Of a DNA stretch of 30,045 bases, positions 16,981 to 25,539 are shown piece by piece. Within the stretch, counting starts at the first letter, position 1; each line of letters starts with the position of its first letter. The DNA is taken from IMG/VR virus record IMGVR_UViG_3300031420_000498. One strand, 5' to 3'. This stretch comes from a virus. Position numbers and translations under genes: made by a program. The notes under the pieces are model-generated. The model saw only the letters and a program-made list of their open reading frames with translations. It ran no database searches and was not told where the DNA came from.

Positions 16981-17339
16981 TGGGCATCACAGAAGAGCAG
17001 ATTGCTGAGGCCGTCAGAGGCCATGTGCACTACAGCTTCCTAGAGATTGCGAGCAACCTTGCCACCATTCTCACAGGTATAGTCGCGCTTTTCGCACCTC
17101 TAGCGCTGATCATCGGATTCGGCGCCCTCATGGTCTACCTGATTTCACCTCAGAGGGGACTCCTCCCTCTATTCTTCACCACCCTGATCGGCTCAGCACT
17201 ACTCTACGGTGTGCTCCTCCTCGGAGCCCTCGGCTCCCTGGGGCTCTGGTGCGGCCTTGGACTCTTGGCAGCGAGCTACCCGATCCTCAAGCGCATCGCC
17301 CGTCGCCGGGCAGAGAGAAGGATCACCGCTTCTGCATGA
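16980..17339 (+). CDS. Multi-pass membrane protein
   Basis: TGATG overlap with the previous gene; MGITEEQ... with about 3 hydrophobic helices. Confidence 0.7.
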   Translation: MGITEEQIAEAVRGHVHYSFLEIASNLATILTGIVALFAPLALIIGFGALMVYLISPQRGLLPLFFTTLIGSALLYGVLLLGALGSLGLWCGLGLLAASYPILKRIARRRAERRITASA

Positions 17340-17381
17340 GTGGTGGTTGCGGATTTCTGGCTTCCATGTAGGATCGGATCC

Positions 17382-17780
17382 ATGGAACAGATCGAAGCAT
17401 TCCTCGAGGGCCTTCTGGGTTCCCTGAGCTCAGTCCCCGGCCTTGAGGCTGCTGGCTCCGTCGCGCTCTTTCTCACCGCTGCTGTTGCGCTGATTTCCAA
17501 GCTGGCTATCTACGCAGTTCCCGTCTACATCTTCGGGAAGATGATGCGCCGGCCGAAGTTCGAGCCCCGGAAGATCATCACGGTCATCCTGTTAGGAGCT
17601 GTCACTCCCGTGGTCTTCGGCTTCCTCGCACAGCTCGGCCCCTACATCAACTTCGGCTTCTGGTCCGGAGCGCTCGTCGGCACTCCCTGGTACTACTTCT
17701 TCTTCCGGCCCCGGCTCATTCGTCGCTACGCTAAGCGCGCTGCTCGCAGTGCCGGCCGTACTGTTGCGAAGCTTCGCTGA
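17382..17780 (+). CDS. Multi-pass membrane protein
   Basis: Leaderless after TTGCGG-16nt-TAGGAT (17347-17374); about 3 TM helices. Confidence 0.75.
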   Translation: MEQIEAFLEGLLGSLSSVPGLEAAGSVALFLTAAVALISKLAIYAVPVYIFGKMMRRPKFEPRKIITVILLGAVTPVVFGFLAQLGPYINFGFWSGALVGTPWYYFFFRPRLIRRYAKRAARSAGRTVAKLR

Positions 17781-17798
17781 TCGGTGTAAGGTCAAACC

Positions 17799-18278
17799 AT
17801 GAACAGCTTCCAGTACCCCGCCGCAGTGGCAGGCCGCGCAGAGCTCCTCAAGTTCTCCTATGTGGCCCTCGCCATCGGTGCAGCTGAGCTCGCCCCCGAG
17901 CTCGCGGCCCTGGAGTCCATCCTCGGCGATGACTACGAAGAGCTGACCCGCAACCGACGGCTTCGGGACGGTGGCTCCGACTTTCACGCCACCATCGTGC
18001 TCCCCAAGGAGTTCAGGACGCTCCGCAAGAGCGCATCTGGTGGTCGCATCGAGATCCCTTCGAAGGAGCTCGAACTGGAGATCCTCGGCATCGGCACCGC
18101 AATTAGCGAGGCGTCCCAGACCTGGTTCGCCATCGCCCGCTCTGAGGCCGTTGTTGCCTACCGGAAGCGCCTGGGGCTCCCCTCCCACGATCTCCACATC
18201 ACCCTGGCCTTCGAGGCCGCAGGCGATGTCCATGGTGTCCCCAAGGATGCCAGCACCCTTCTGACCACCACCCGCTAG
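17799..18278 (+). CDS. 2H phosphoesterase
   Basis: Two HxT motifs (FHATIV, LHITLAF) and RxRLGLP...DVHGVPKD; leaderless after TTGCGA-17nt-TAAGGT. Confidence 0.85.
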   Translation: MNSFQYPAAVAGRAELLKFSYVALAIGAAELAPELAALESILGDDYEELTRNRRLRDGGSDFHATIVLPKEFRTLRKSASGGRIEIPSKELELEILGIGTAISEASQTWFAIARSEAVVAYRKRLGLPSHDLHITLAFEAAGDVHGVPKDASTLLTTTR

Positions 18279-18297
18279 TAGAGAGACACCACCTCCC

Positions 18298-18576
18298 ATG
18301 GCTGAGAACACCGCAACCACCGAATCCGCTGAGATCGACGCAGCCGTCGAGCTCCGTCCGATCACCAAGGAAGCCCGAGAGCGCCTGGAGAAAGGTCTCT
18401 ACGACTACCTCGGCGAGGAGATCTACACCTGTGGTCGAGTCCATGAGGCCTGGAGCTTTGGGACCATGGGTCTCGATGACTTCTCTCTGGCCCGGGAGGA
18501 CGACGATGTGCTCGACAGCCTCGTGGAGGTCGCCCTGGAGGCTCTGGGCTTCGATCCCCAGTCGGGCCGCGAGTAG
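18298..18576 (+). CDS. Small acidic hypothetical protein (CxRVxEAWxxGTMxxDDF)
   Basis: Codon bias; motif of a type seen in phage hypothetical proteins. Confidence 0.75.
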   Translation: MAENTATTESAEIDAAVELRPITKEARERLEKGLYDYLGEEIYTCGRVHEAWSFGTMGLDDFSLAREDDDVLDSLVEVALEALGFDPQSGRE

Positions 18577-18602
18577 GAACTTCGACCTTCAGCTCCAGTA
18601 CC

Positions 18603-18657
18603 GAGCGCAGCTCTTCCTTCGGAGTGGTTGCGCTTTCGTGCTCCATGGATGTAGGAT
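18603..18657 (+). promoter_or_regulatory. Terminator hairpin (cUUCGg) overlapping a sigA promoter
   Basis: Hairpin 18603-18635 contains TTGCGC (18628); TAGGAT at 18652; ATG at 18664. Confidence 0.7.
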
Positions 18658-18663
18658 TCTCCC

Positions 18664-19374
18664 ATGACCAACAAGCGCATCCGCAGCACAAAGCGAACCA
18701 TCGACAAGCTCGGCGTTGCCTTCGCCTCGATCATGGTGATCGGCCTCGTTCTCAGTGGCTGTTCCATGGAGAACGGCGGAGACGCCAAGTCCACTGCCAC
18801 CACCGATGTCGCGGACTCCCAGTCGGTGCTCAAGAAGCTCGAATCTGCTGACATCATCGAGGCAAAGAAGGCAGTCTTCAGCTTCGGAGACAAGTGGACG
18901 ATCACTGCTGACGGCGAGGAGATCGGCGAGATCAAGGGTCAGCCGATTTACTCCATCGGTGATACCTACTCCCTGTTCTCTCCGGCCGGTAACCTCGTTG
19001 CCAGTGAGGCGGAGGGCTTCCGGGTTGTCAACCACAGCGCGGGGCTTTACGACTACAACAACAAGAAGCGCGGTGAGATCCAGGAGCAGTTCTCCATGTT
19101 CCTCGCTGAGTACAAGATCAAGGACGCCGAGGACAAGACCGTCGGCACGGCGAAGCAGAAGTTCAGCCTCACCATGAACTTCGACCTCGAGGGCAAGCAT
19201 GGGGACGCCGAGTACACGATCTCCAAGGCCGCCTTCTCCATGGGTTCCAAGGTCACCATCGAGGCCCAGAGCAAGGATCGCTCGGTGGATGCTGTGGATG
19301 CACTCTGGCTCGCAGTGATCGCCTCTGAGGTAGAGGACGCCAAGAGCGACGACAGCAACAAGAAAAACCGCTAG
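18664..19374 (+). CDS. LURP-one/Tubby-C/scramblase-like lipoprotein
   Basis: Lipobox LSGC; repeated Y/W-x-I-x-D-x-x-G-x-x-I-G-x-I beta units ending in a hydrophobic helix (ALWLAVIA). Confidence 0.75.
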   Translation: MTNKRIRSTKRTIDKLGVAFASIMVIGLVLSGCSMENGGDAKSTATTDVADSQSVLKKLESADIIEAKKAVFSFGDKWTITADGEEIGEIKGQPIYSIGDTYSLFSPAGNLVASEAEGFRVVNHSAGLYDYNNKKRGEIQEQFSMFLAEYKIKDAEDKTVGTAKQKFSLTMNFDLEGKHGDAEYTISKAAFSMGSKVTIEAQSKDRSVDAVDALWLAVIASEVEDAKSDDSNKKNR

Positions 19375-19471
19375 CTCGAAGCGACTTCTTCAGTTCGGTT
19401 GACAGCTCCACACTCTGGGCATAGGATCATTCCACACCACATCTTCACCGCAGACTGAAAGCAGGTTTCCC

Positions 19472-19930
19472 ATGGACATGGACCTCAGCAAGCTCAACCC
19501 CGTCGGCTTCACGGACCACGGCAATCCGGACCCGGAGTACCACTTCGACGGGATCCGCCAGGACCTCCCGGAGTTCCAGGTCGAGACCTCGGAGATCGCC
19601 CGGGAGATCGTCGGGCTCTTCGGTCAGGCTGTCGAGAACGGTTCGCCCGTTGCTGTCGCCGCCGGTCAGGCCTACAGCCGCAACGCCATCCTCTGCGTCA
19701 ACCCTATCGGCACCACGGCCCGCAACACGGCCTATGGTCGGGCCAACGATGATCTGCTCCTGCAGGTCACCGTCCGCGTGGACTACCGGGACGCCAAGGG
19801 CTTCCTCGACGGCGTCGAGGGTCGCCGGCTCGAGGCTGCCAAGATCCTCGCAGAGCTGGAGATCGCGGAGCTCGAGCGCCGGCGTGACGAAGCGACTGCT
19901 CGACTCGAGGAGCTCAAGGGTCGGAGCTGA
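19472..19930 (+). CDS. Hypothetical protein with C-terminal coiled coil
   Basis: Promoter TTGACA-17nt-TAGGAT at 19399-19427; GAAAGCAGG RBS. Confidence 0.8.
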   Translation: MDMDLSKLNPVGFTDHGNPDPEYHFDGIRQDLPEFQVETSEIAREIVGLFGQAVENGSPVAVAAGQAYSRNAILCVNPIGTTARNTAYGRANDDLLLQVTVRVDYRDAKGFLDGVEGRRLEAAKILAELEIAELERRRDEATARLEELKGRS

Positions 19931-19949
19931 GGGCCAACTTCCCCTCTAG

Positions 19950-19990
19950 AAGCAGTGCTTTCGCAACACGATGCGAAAGCACTGCTTTCC
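19950..19990 (+). terminator. Intrinsic terminator
   Basis: AAGCAGTGCTTTCGCA-6nt-TGCGAAAGCACTGCTT perfect 16-bp stem. Confidence 0.8.
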
Positions 19991-20207
19991 TCATGATGGG
20001 CCAAGGAGTGGCCGAAATCACAGCCTAGAGATCAACAGCTGTCGACCCTCTAGCCTGCGCGCTCAGCTTCGTCAGCAGCGACTTTCAGGGCCGGTGGATT
20101 CCTCCGATTCGGAGGCTCAGCTTCGACCTTAGGAGCTGAGTTGCCAAAGCTGCCCTTTGGGAGTATAGTTGTCCCCAACACCACTCTCTCCCCCAGAAAG
20201 ATTCCCC

Positions 20208-20528
20208 ATGGTATTCAATCAGGCTCCGAAGGCTCCTGTCGGCTTCAGTGCTGGAGCTCCAGCCTTCCGGCCCGGCGTGGTCATCCTCGCAGTGATCTTC
20301 GTTTTGCTGCTAGCTGGCGGCATCCTGACGGGGCTTAAGTTCCAGTCCATCAACGCCGAACAGGAAGCTCAGCTCAGAGAAGCCCAGAGCGCAGAAACTG
20401 CTCAAAAGGCCCAGCAGGACTCTGAGATCATCGGGCTTCGGGACGCCGATCAGAAGCTCGCAGAAGCCCGGGATAAGAACCGAGACATCGAGCAGCGGCT
20501 CACCAACCAGGACGGATTCCTCAAGTGA
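20208..20528 (+). CDS. Membrane-anchored coiled-coil protein
   Basis: Promoter TTGCCA-17nt-TATAGT at 20141-20169; TM helix then coiled coil. Confidence 0.75.
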   Translation: MVFNQAPKAPVGFSAGAPAFRPGVVILAVIFVLLLAGGILTGLKFQSINAEQEAQLREAQSAETAQKAQQDSEIIGLRDADQKLAEARDKNRDIEQRLTNQDGFLK

Positions 20529-21472
20529 ATCGGGGACTGAAGATCACAGCGGCCATCGTTCTGGCAGCCTCCCTGGGCTTCGGAGCCTACGAAGCCTACT
20601 CGGCTCAGCTCGTCGGTGTTCAGCTCTCACAGGTCAAGAAGCGCACCGCTGACAGCGCTGTTGCCTTCGGCGGCTGGCAGGCCACCGGCAAGGACACCCA
20701 GAAGGCCCTCGAGGAAGAAGAGGCCCGAACAAAGTCACTCCAGGATGCATCCACTGCCCGCTCGGAGTTCGACACCGCGCTCGAATCGGTCAAGGGAGAG
20801 CTCAACGCTGCATCTGGTAGGGCTGACATTTCGGCCGAACAGCAGAGGATCATCGCTGCCCAGAAGCAGGCCATCGATCACTACTCTGACGCGGGTGTGA
20901 TCCGTGCTCAGGTTGCCGAGCTCAACGCCGTTGCAAGCGAGCTCAAGGCCAAGAGCGGGGGAGCCGACCGTAAGGCTGCTCCCGCTTCCAGCGTTGTCAC
21001 AGCTGCAGACAAGCCTTCAGCTCCTATCTCAGCCCCGCGCCAGGTGGCCGCTCCAGCTACCCCAGCTGCGCCTCCTGCGCCCGTGGATTGGCTGGCCGAC
21101 ATGCGTGCACGGCTCACGGCTGTCGGCGGTGGGTCTGCGCACCTGGAGGAGTTCGATGGCAACTGCAGTGGCGTTCGGGCTGTCGCCTGCTCCTTCCCCG
21201 GCGGGCTCATCAAGGTGTCCAGTGAGATCTCATCCTGGTCGTCGGCGGCAAAGGATACCGTCCTGGTCCACGAGCTCGCCCATCAGCAGCAGTTCCCCAT
21301 CATGGACCAGATCAAGGCGTCGGCCGGCTATCAGTCGCTCTTTCAGAGCAATGTCGAGCTCCTGGCAAACTGCATGGCCACCGCCAGGGGCTACACCGCC
21401 CACGGAGTGAGCTGCTCTCAGCCCCAGGTCGAGTGGGCTCGCTCGATCTGGAACGGCGTGGTTCCCGGCTGA
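20525..21472 (+). CDS. Exported coiled-coil protein with zincin-type metallopeptidase domain
   Basis: Signal/TM, coiled coil, Pro/Ala linker, VHELAH (HExxH) with a downstream Glu in ELLANCMA; GTGA overlap. Confidence 0.75.
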   Translation: MNRGLKITAAIVLAASLGFGAYEAYSAQLVGVQLSQVKKRTADSAVAFGGWQATGKDTQKALEEEEARTKSLQDASTARSEFDTALESVKGELNAASGRADISAEQQRIIAAQKQAIDHYSDAGVIRAQVAELNAVASELKAKSGGADRKAAPASSVVTAADKPSAPISAPRQVAAPATPAAPPAPVDWLADMRARLTAVGGGSAHLEEFDGNCSGVRAVACSFPGGLIKVSSEISSWSSAAKDTVLVHELAHQQQFPIMDQIKASAGYQSLFQSNVELLANCMATARGYTAHGVSCSQPQVEWARSIWNGVVPG

Positions 21473-21523
21473 TCTTCAGCCCTCAGACTTTCTACCCAAC
21501 CCATTCACAGAAAAGAGAGATCC

Positions 21524-21829
21524 ATGGCTGCATTGGACATCATGGTCAATGAGACCGCAGAAGACGCTGGAGTTTCACCGGAGGTGGTTCGCTCTGCCCT
21601 GGCCAAGGGGATCAGCTTTGTCCCCGAGGGAGTGAAGCTCACCAAGGACAACCTGCGACCTGCGCTCGATGCAACCCGTGCCCTCGGCGATGCCGTTAGC
21701 CCCGAAGAGCACCGAGTCTTGGATACCCTGAGCCGGGAGCTCGACTCCATGGGTCGCCTCAAGTCCCTCGCTGTCTTCGCTGTCATCAACTCGAGCATCG
21801 GCGATCTTCGCGCTCAGCTCAAGGGCTAA
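21524..21829 (+). CDS. Hypothetical protein
   Basis: Purine-rich RBS; codon bias. Confidence 0.7.
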   Translation: MAALDIMVNETAEDAGVSPEVVRSALAKGISFVPEGVKLTKDNLRPALDATRALGDAVSPEEHRVLDTLSRELDSMGRLKSLAVFAVINSSIGDLRAQLKG

Positions 21830-21881
21830 TACCGTTCTACAGCGATAGTCGGACCCAACGACTCTCGAAAGGAAGGTCCTC

Positions 21882-22190
21882 ATGGACGACGACTTCGTAC
21901 AGGAGCTCTCTAAGCTCAACTTCAAGCTCACCAGGCAGGTCGGCAAGACCCTGAGCATCGCAACCAACTGGGAGTCCTCGGCTCGGAGCTACAGCGCGCT
22001 CCAGGGTGGCATCCTAGAGTACTTCCTCCTCAACATGCAGTCGAGGAAGCTCGATCTTCGGATCTCCGGTGTGACCCTCGCCACCATCGACCTCAACGAT
22101 CCCGATCTTCCCGTGAAGCTCTCGGCCCCGAAGGCCGACGGCTCAGGAACTGAGATCTTCATCGATGGCAAGGCAGCCGAAGAGCGCTAG
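21882..22190 (+). CDS. Hypothetical protein
   Basis: AAGGAAGG RBS. Confidence 0.75.
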   Translation: MDDDFVQELSKLNFKLTRQVGKTLSIATNWESSARSYSALQGGILEYFLLNMQSRKLDLRISGVTLATIDLNDPDLPVKLSAPKADGSGTEIFIDGKAAEER

Positions 22191-22207
22191 TCGAGCGGTA
22201 AGTTCTC

Positions 22208-22257
22208 GGGCCCCGGTTGCAGCTTCGGTTGCAATCGGGGCCCTCTTCGTGTATGGT
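22208..22257 (+). promoter_or_regulatory. Terminator hairpin (cUUCGg) overlapping a sigA promoter
   Basis: GGGCCCCGGTTGCAGC-TTCG-GTTGCAATCGGGGCCC; TTGCAA (22229)-17nt-TATGGT. Confidence 0.75.
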
Positions 22258-22296
22258 TTTAAGTGAATGGACCACACCACGACAGAAAGAGGCTCC

Positions 22297-22842
22297 ATGG
22301 ACACCGCAGAAATTCGGGCCGAAAGCATCTGGTCTCAGCTCAAGCAGGATGCCGTCGGAAGCCGCCAGACCAACCCGGTCCGTCAGCTCGCCAGGCTCAT
22401 CGATCAGGCCGCCGTGGTTCGCACCGCGGGCGCAGCCGGCGCCGACCAGGACTTCGCGGATGTGGGGTTCTTCCAGGTCTCTGCGGTCGACCCGGAGGAT
22501 GGCCGAGAGCTCGTCACCGCCACCGAGCTCACAGAGGCTGTGGGCCTTGCCCTCGAGTTCGGCCACGGTGAGTTCTCCGATCTTTCTCTGGAGCGCCTCC
22601 AGGGAGGCCCTTCCTACATCGAACTCGGCGCCTGGATCGGAGATCAGGGCCGTGCCATCAAGCTCATCGGCCTCGGTGGGGCGCTCGGGCTCTGGGATGT
22701 CATCACTCCCCAGACCCTGGGCGTCACCGGCGACGAGGCAGGCAAGCTCATGGGGATGGGTATGCTCTTCCCCGCCCCCAAGGCTGAATCTCCTCTGGCC
22801 TTCTGGTTCGAAGCCCGTTCGACGGCTGGTGAAACCAAGTGA
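22297..22842 (+). CDS. Hypothetical protein (SYIELGAWIGDQG motif)
   Basis: GAAAGAGG RBS before ATG 22297; first gene of a coupled operon. Confidence 0.8.
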   Translation: MDTAEIRAESIWSQLKQDAVGSRQTNPVRQLARLIDQAAVVRTAGAAGADQDFADVGFFQVSAVDPEDGRELVTATELTEAVGLALEFGHGEFSDLSLERLQGGPSYIELGAWIGDQGRAIKLIGLGGALGLWDVITPQTLGVTGDEAGKLMGMGMLFPAPKAESPLAFWFEARSTAGETK

Positions 22843-23132
22843 TCGGCGTGGTCGAACAGAACGAGAAGCCACTGGAGAACTTCGACAGCGCGAAGGAGCT
22901 CTATCTTGCTCTCCGGGAGCACATCGGCAAGATCGTCTCCATCCGCCGTCGAGTCACCGAACGCTCCGGCGTCCTTTGTCGGGTCAAGTACGACCGCGAA
23001 GACGATGCGGTGACCTTCAGCCTCGGTTCGGACATGATGCTCGAGGTCAACAAGCTCCATCGGATCGAAGTCAACATCGATGGCACCTGGAAGCTCATCA
23101 ACCCCGGCCACCCGAACAATCTGGAGCTCTGA
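22839..23132 (+). CDS. Paralog array member 1
   Basis: GTGA overlap; MIGVVE...HIGKIVSI...IDGTWKLI. Confidence 0.8.
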   Translation: MIGVVEQNEKPLENFDSAKELYLALREHIGKIVSIRRRVTERSGVLCRVKYDREDDAVTFSLGSDMMLEVNKLHRIEVNIDGTWKLINPGHPNNLEL

Positions 23133-23139
23133 CCACAGA

Positions 23140-23511
23140 ATGATCTCCCTGAACGAAGAGGAGCAGTTTCTCATCAGCTCCCAGCGAGATGTAACCCTGC
23201 TCCTTGAACCCTACTACGGCCGGGTGATCAAGGTCGAGCGACTCCACAGGGAAAGCAGCAGGCTGATCTCGAACCTCTACATCGGTCGCATCGAGTTCCT
23301 TTCCCACCTTGGGAAAGAAGCTCAGGTGGGCGTGAAGAGCTACAGCCTGTCTACGATCAGGCTCACCGGCTACAACGAGGATCTCTGGATCTGGCCTCCG
23401 CAGAGCCGCATCTCTCTGCTCCAGGAAGATCTCGGTCAGTGGAAGGTCATCTACCAGGGCGAAAAGTGGGAAGACACCCATCCAGAGCTCGCGAAGAAGG
23501 AAAGCGCATGA
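23140..23511 (+). CDS. Paralog array member 2
   Basis: ATG 23140; YYGRVIKV...ISLLQEDLGQWKVI. Confidence 0.8.
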   Translation: MISLNEEEQFLISSQRDVTLLLEPYYGRVIKVERLHRESSRLISNLYIGRIEFLSHLGKEAQVGVKSYSLSTIRLTGYNEDLWIWPPQSRISLLQEDLGQWKVIYQGEKWEDTHPELAKKESA

Positions 23512-23942
23512 TCGGCGTCAGCGAAGACCAGGAAGCTCAAGTCAAGGCCAACCTCGACGAGCTCCACCGCAGTATCCTCGGATTCTACGGCCGTGTGCTT
23601 CAGGTGAGAACCAGGCGTCTGGACTTCGACTACGGCTACAGCTACGACGGCTACGCTGACGATCCCAGCTATGTGGACCACATCTACGAGAACAGCTCCG
23701 GCAAGATCGTGGGCGTGAATCTCAGTAGCCGGTATCGTACGGGCACATCCCAGGACTTGGCCACCGCAGAGCTTCGCTACAAGTTCCTCGAAGTCATCCT
23801 CGAGGGTGGCCAGAAGCTCTCGGTGGAGCTCGATTCCAGCGAGCTCTCGGTGCTCCAGGAAGATACGGGCCAGTGGAAGCTGGTCCATCGGGGCAACGGT
23901 TGGAAAGAGCCGTCCACCAACGACAAGAAGGACACACAGTGA
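23508..23942 (+). CDS. Paralog array member 3
   Basis: ATGA overlap; FYGRVLQV...LSVLQEDTGQWKLV. Confidence 0.8.
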   Translation: MIGVSEDQEAQVKANLDELHRSILGFYGRVLQVRTRRLDFDYGYSYDGYADDPSYVDHIYENSSGKIVGVNLSSRYRTGTSQDLATAELRYKFLEVILEGGQKLSVELDSSELSVLQEDTGQWKLVHRGNGWKEPSTNDKKDTQ

Positions 23943-24385
23943 TCGACCTCGACCAGCAGAGCTCAGAGGGAGTTTTCAGCGAGAGCTCCAACTTGCAGGA
24001 TGTCTATCGGATGTTCACGGGCTACTACGGTAGGACCCTGAAGGTCAGCTCCTCTAGCGCTCGAACAGAGTATGGCTACCTCACGGAGGAAGTGAAGAAG
24101 AGGAACCCCAGAGATCTCATGAGAAGCGTCGAGGAAGTCGTAGCAACTCTGACTGAGATCCAGCTCGTAGCCCGGGGCAATAGCGGCTTCGGTGGCTCTT
24201 CTCCTCGCCGGATCCCCGGCGCAGTTAAGCTCGGCCTTCGGAATCGGGAGCCCCTCGATGTGCTCTCATCCGGCAATCGCATCGAGGTATTCCAGGAAGA
24301 CATTGGCCAGTGGAAGCTCCTGTTCCAGGGGAGCGCCTGGTCCGACTACAGCGATGCTGGAATCTATCGAGGAGGTAGACTGTGA
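23939..24385 (+). CDS. Paralog array member 4
   Basis: GTGA overlap; YYGRTLKV...IEVFQEDIGQWKLL. Confidence 0.8.
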   Translation: MIDLDQQSSEGVFSESSNLQDVYRMFTGYYGRTLKVSSSSARTEYGYLTEEVKKRNPRDLMRSVEEVVATLTEIQLVARGNSGFGGSSPRRIPGAVKLGLRNREPLDVLSSGNRIEVFQEDIGQWKLLFQGSAWSDYSDAGIYRGGRL

Positions 24386-24702
24386 TCGGCGTGGCCGAAG
24401 AGAAGGTGGAGATCGAGAGTAGCTCCAAGCCCAGGCGAGTCCATCGGCTGCTGGAGCTGCAAATCGGCCGTATTCTGCGCTTTGAGCTCGACGACAGGAG
24501 CTGGGGAGTCTCCGTGACCAGTGGGAAGCTCCTTGGAGTTTCGCTCAGCGGAGATGACATCGAGCTCAAGATCAGGGGCTTCGACCGCATCGAGTACGAT
24601 CCTGAAGAGTACTCGGCCCAGATTTCAGTGTTCCAGAAGGACACCGGCAAGTGGAAGAAGATCTACAGGAGCAAGGGCTGGGAGAAGGGACTCGGACTGT
24701 GA
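24382..24702 (+). CDS. Paralog array member 5
   Basis: GTGA overlap; QIGRILRF...ISVFQKDTGKWKKI. Confidence 0.8.
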   Translation: MIGVAEEKVEIESSSKPRRVHRLLELQIGRILRFELDDRSWGVSVTSGKLLGVSLSGDDIELKIRGFDRIEYDPEEYSAQISVFQKDTGKWKKIYRSKGWEKGLGL

Positions 24703-25079
24703 TTGCGATCTCAAACGATAGCTCCATCGCTACGACAGCGGGCTCGAAGCGCGAGCTCAGGGACTGGCTGGCTCCCTGCTTCGATCGGCTGGTCAGGGTG
24801 AGCTACATCGCCAGCAAGGAACATGAACCCATCGTCATCAAGCAGCGCACCGGACGCATGGCCGAGCTGCGCTACATCGGTGGCTACAGCTCCCAGATGG
24901 TCTACAGCGACGAGCTCAGCAAGCTCAGCCTCCGCTTCAGAGGTGAGGAGTCAGCCGATGAGCTCCTCATCGTGGAGTCAGATACGGTTGAGATCTTCCA
25001 GGAAGACAGTTCATCCTGGAAAATGCTCCACTGCTCTCCTCGCATCGGGGAGCTCATCCTGAAGGGGTTCGAGCTGTGA
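24699..25079 (+). CDS. Paralog array member 6
   Basis: GTGA overlap; CFDRLVRV...VEIFQEDSSSWKML. Confidence 0.75.
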   Translation: MIAISNDSSIATTAGSKRELRDWLAPCFDRLVRVSYIASKEHEPIVIKQRTGRMAELRYIGGYSSQMVYSDELSKLSLRFRGEESADELLIVESDTVEIFQEDSSSWKMLHCSPRIGELILKGFEL

Positions 25080-25462
25080 TCTCAGTCGAAGAGGTAGGAA
25101 CCGAACCCAATCAGAGGCCATCAGGACGGAGGGCTTCGAGCATCCCCGAGCTTCGCACCCTGCTCTTCGCGCTGGGCTACAGTGTCCATGTGGTGACGAC
25201 GGGCCAGCGGGGCTGGGAGAGCGGCAGTAAGATCGAGCACATCGGCACCCTTACAGGCGCTCGCAGTAATCCCGTCGGCCGCTCAGGCTCCAATGATGTG
25301 CTCATCTATCTCACCCTGACGATGGGCTCTGCGAGCTCAATCGAGCTGGAACTCAGAGAGGGCGATCAGATCACCATCGCTGGCTTCACTCGAGTCCTCC
25401 ACAGAGACATGCAGCCACTCAACCAGAAGACAGCTAAGATCGCACTGAGCATCGTTCCCTGA
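25076..25462 (+). CDS. Paralog array member 7 (most diverged)
   Basis: GTGA overlap; MISVEE...ELRTLLFALGYSVHV...IGTLTG; lacks the QED-WK motif. Confidence 0.65.
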   Translation: MISVEEVGTEPNQRPSGRRASSIPELRTLLFALGYSVHVVTTGQRGWESGSKIEHIGTLTGARSNPVGRSGSNDVLIYLTLTMGSASSIELELREGDQITIAGFTRVLHRDMQPLNQKTAKIALSIVP

Positions 25463-25539
25463 TCTGGGGATTGCGGTTTGCGCTCTCCCGATGTAGGATC
25501 GAATCGATACCAGTAGGACAACTCAAAGATCGGAATCCG

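Noticed and set aside
22839-25462. Shared Met-Ile start as proof of paralogy
   Set aside because: Partly forced by the (A/G)TGA overlap; paralogy is argued from internal motifs instead
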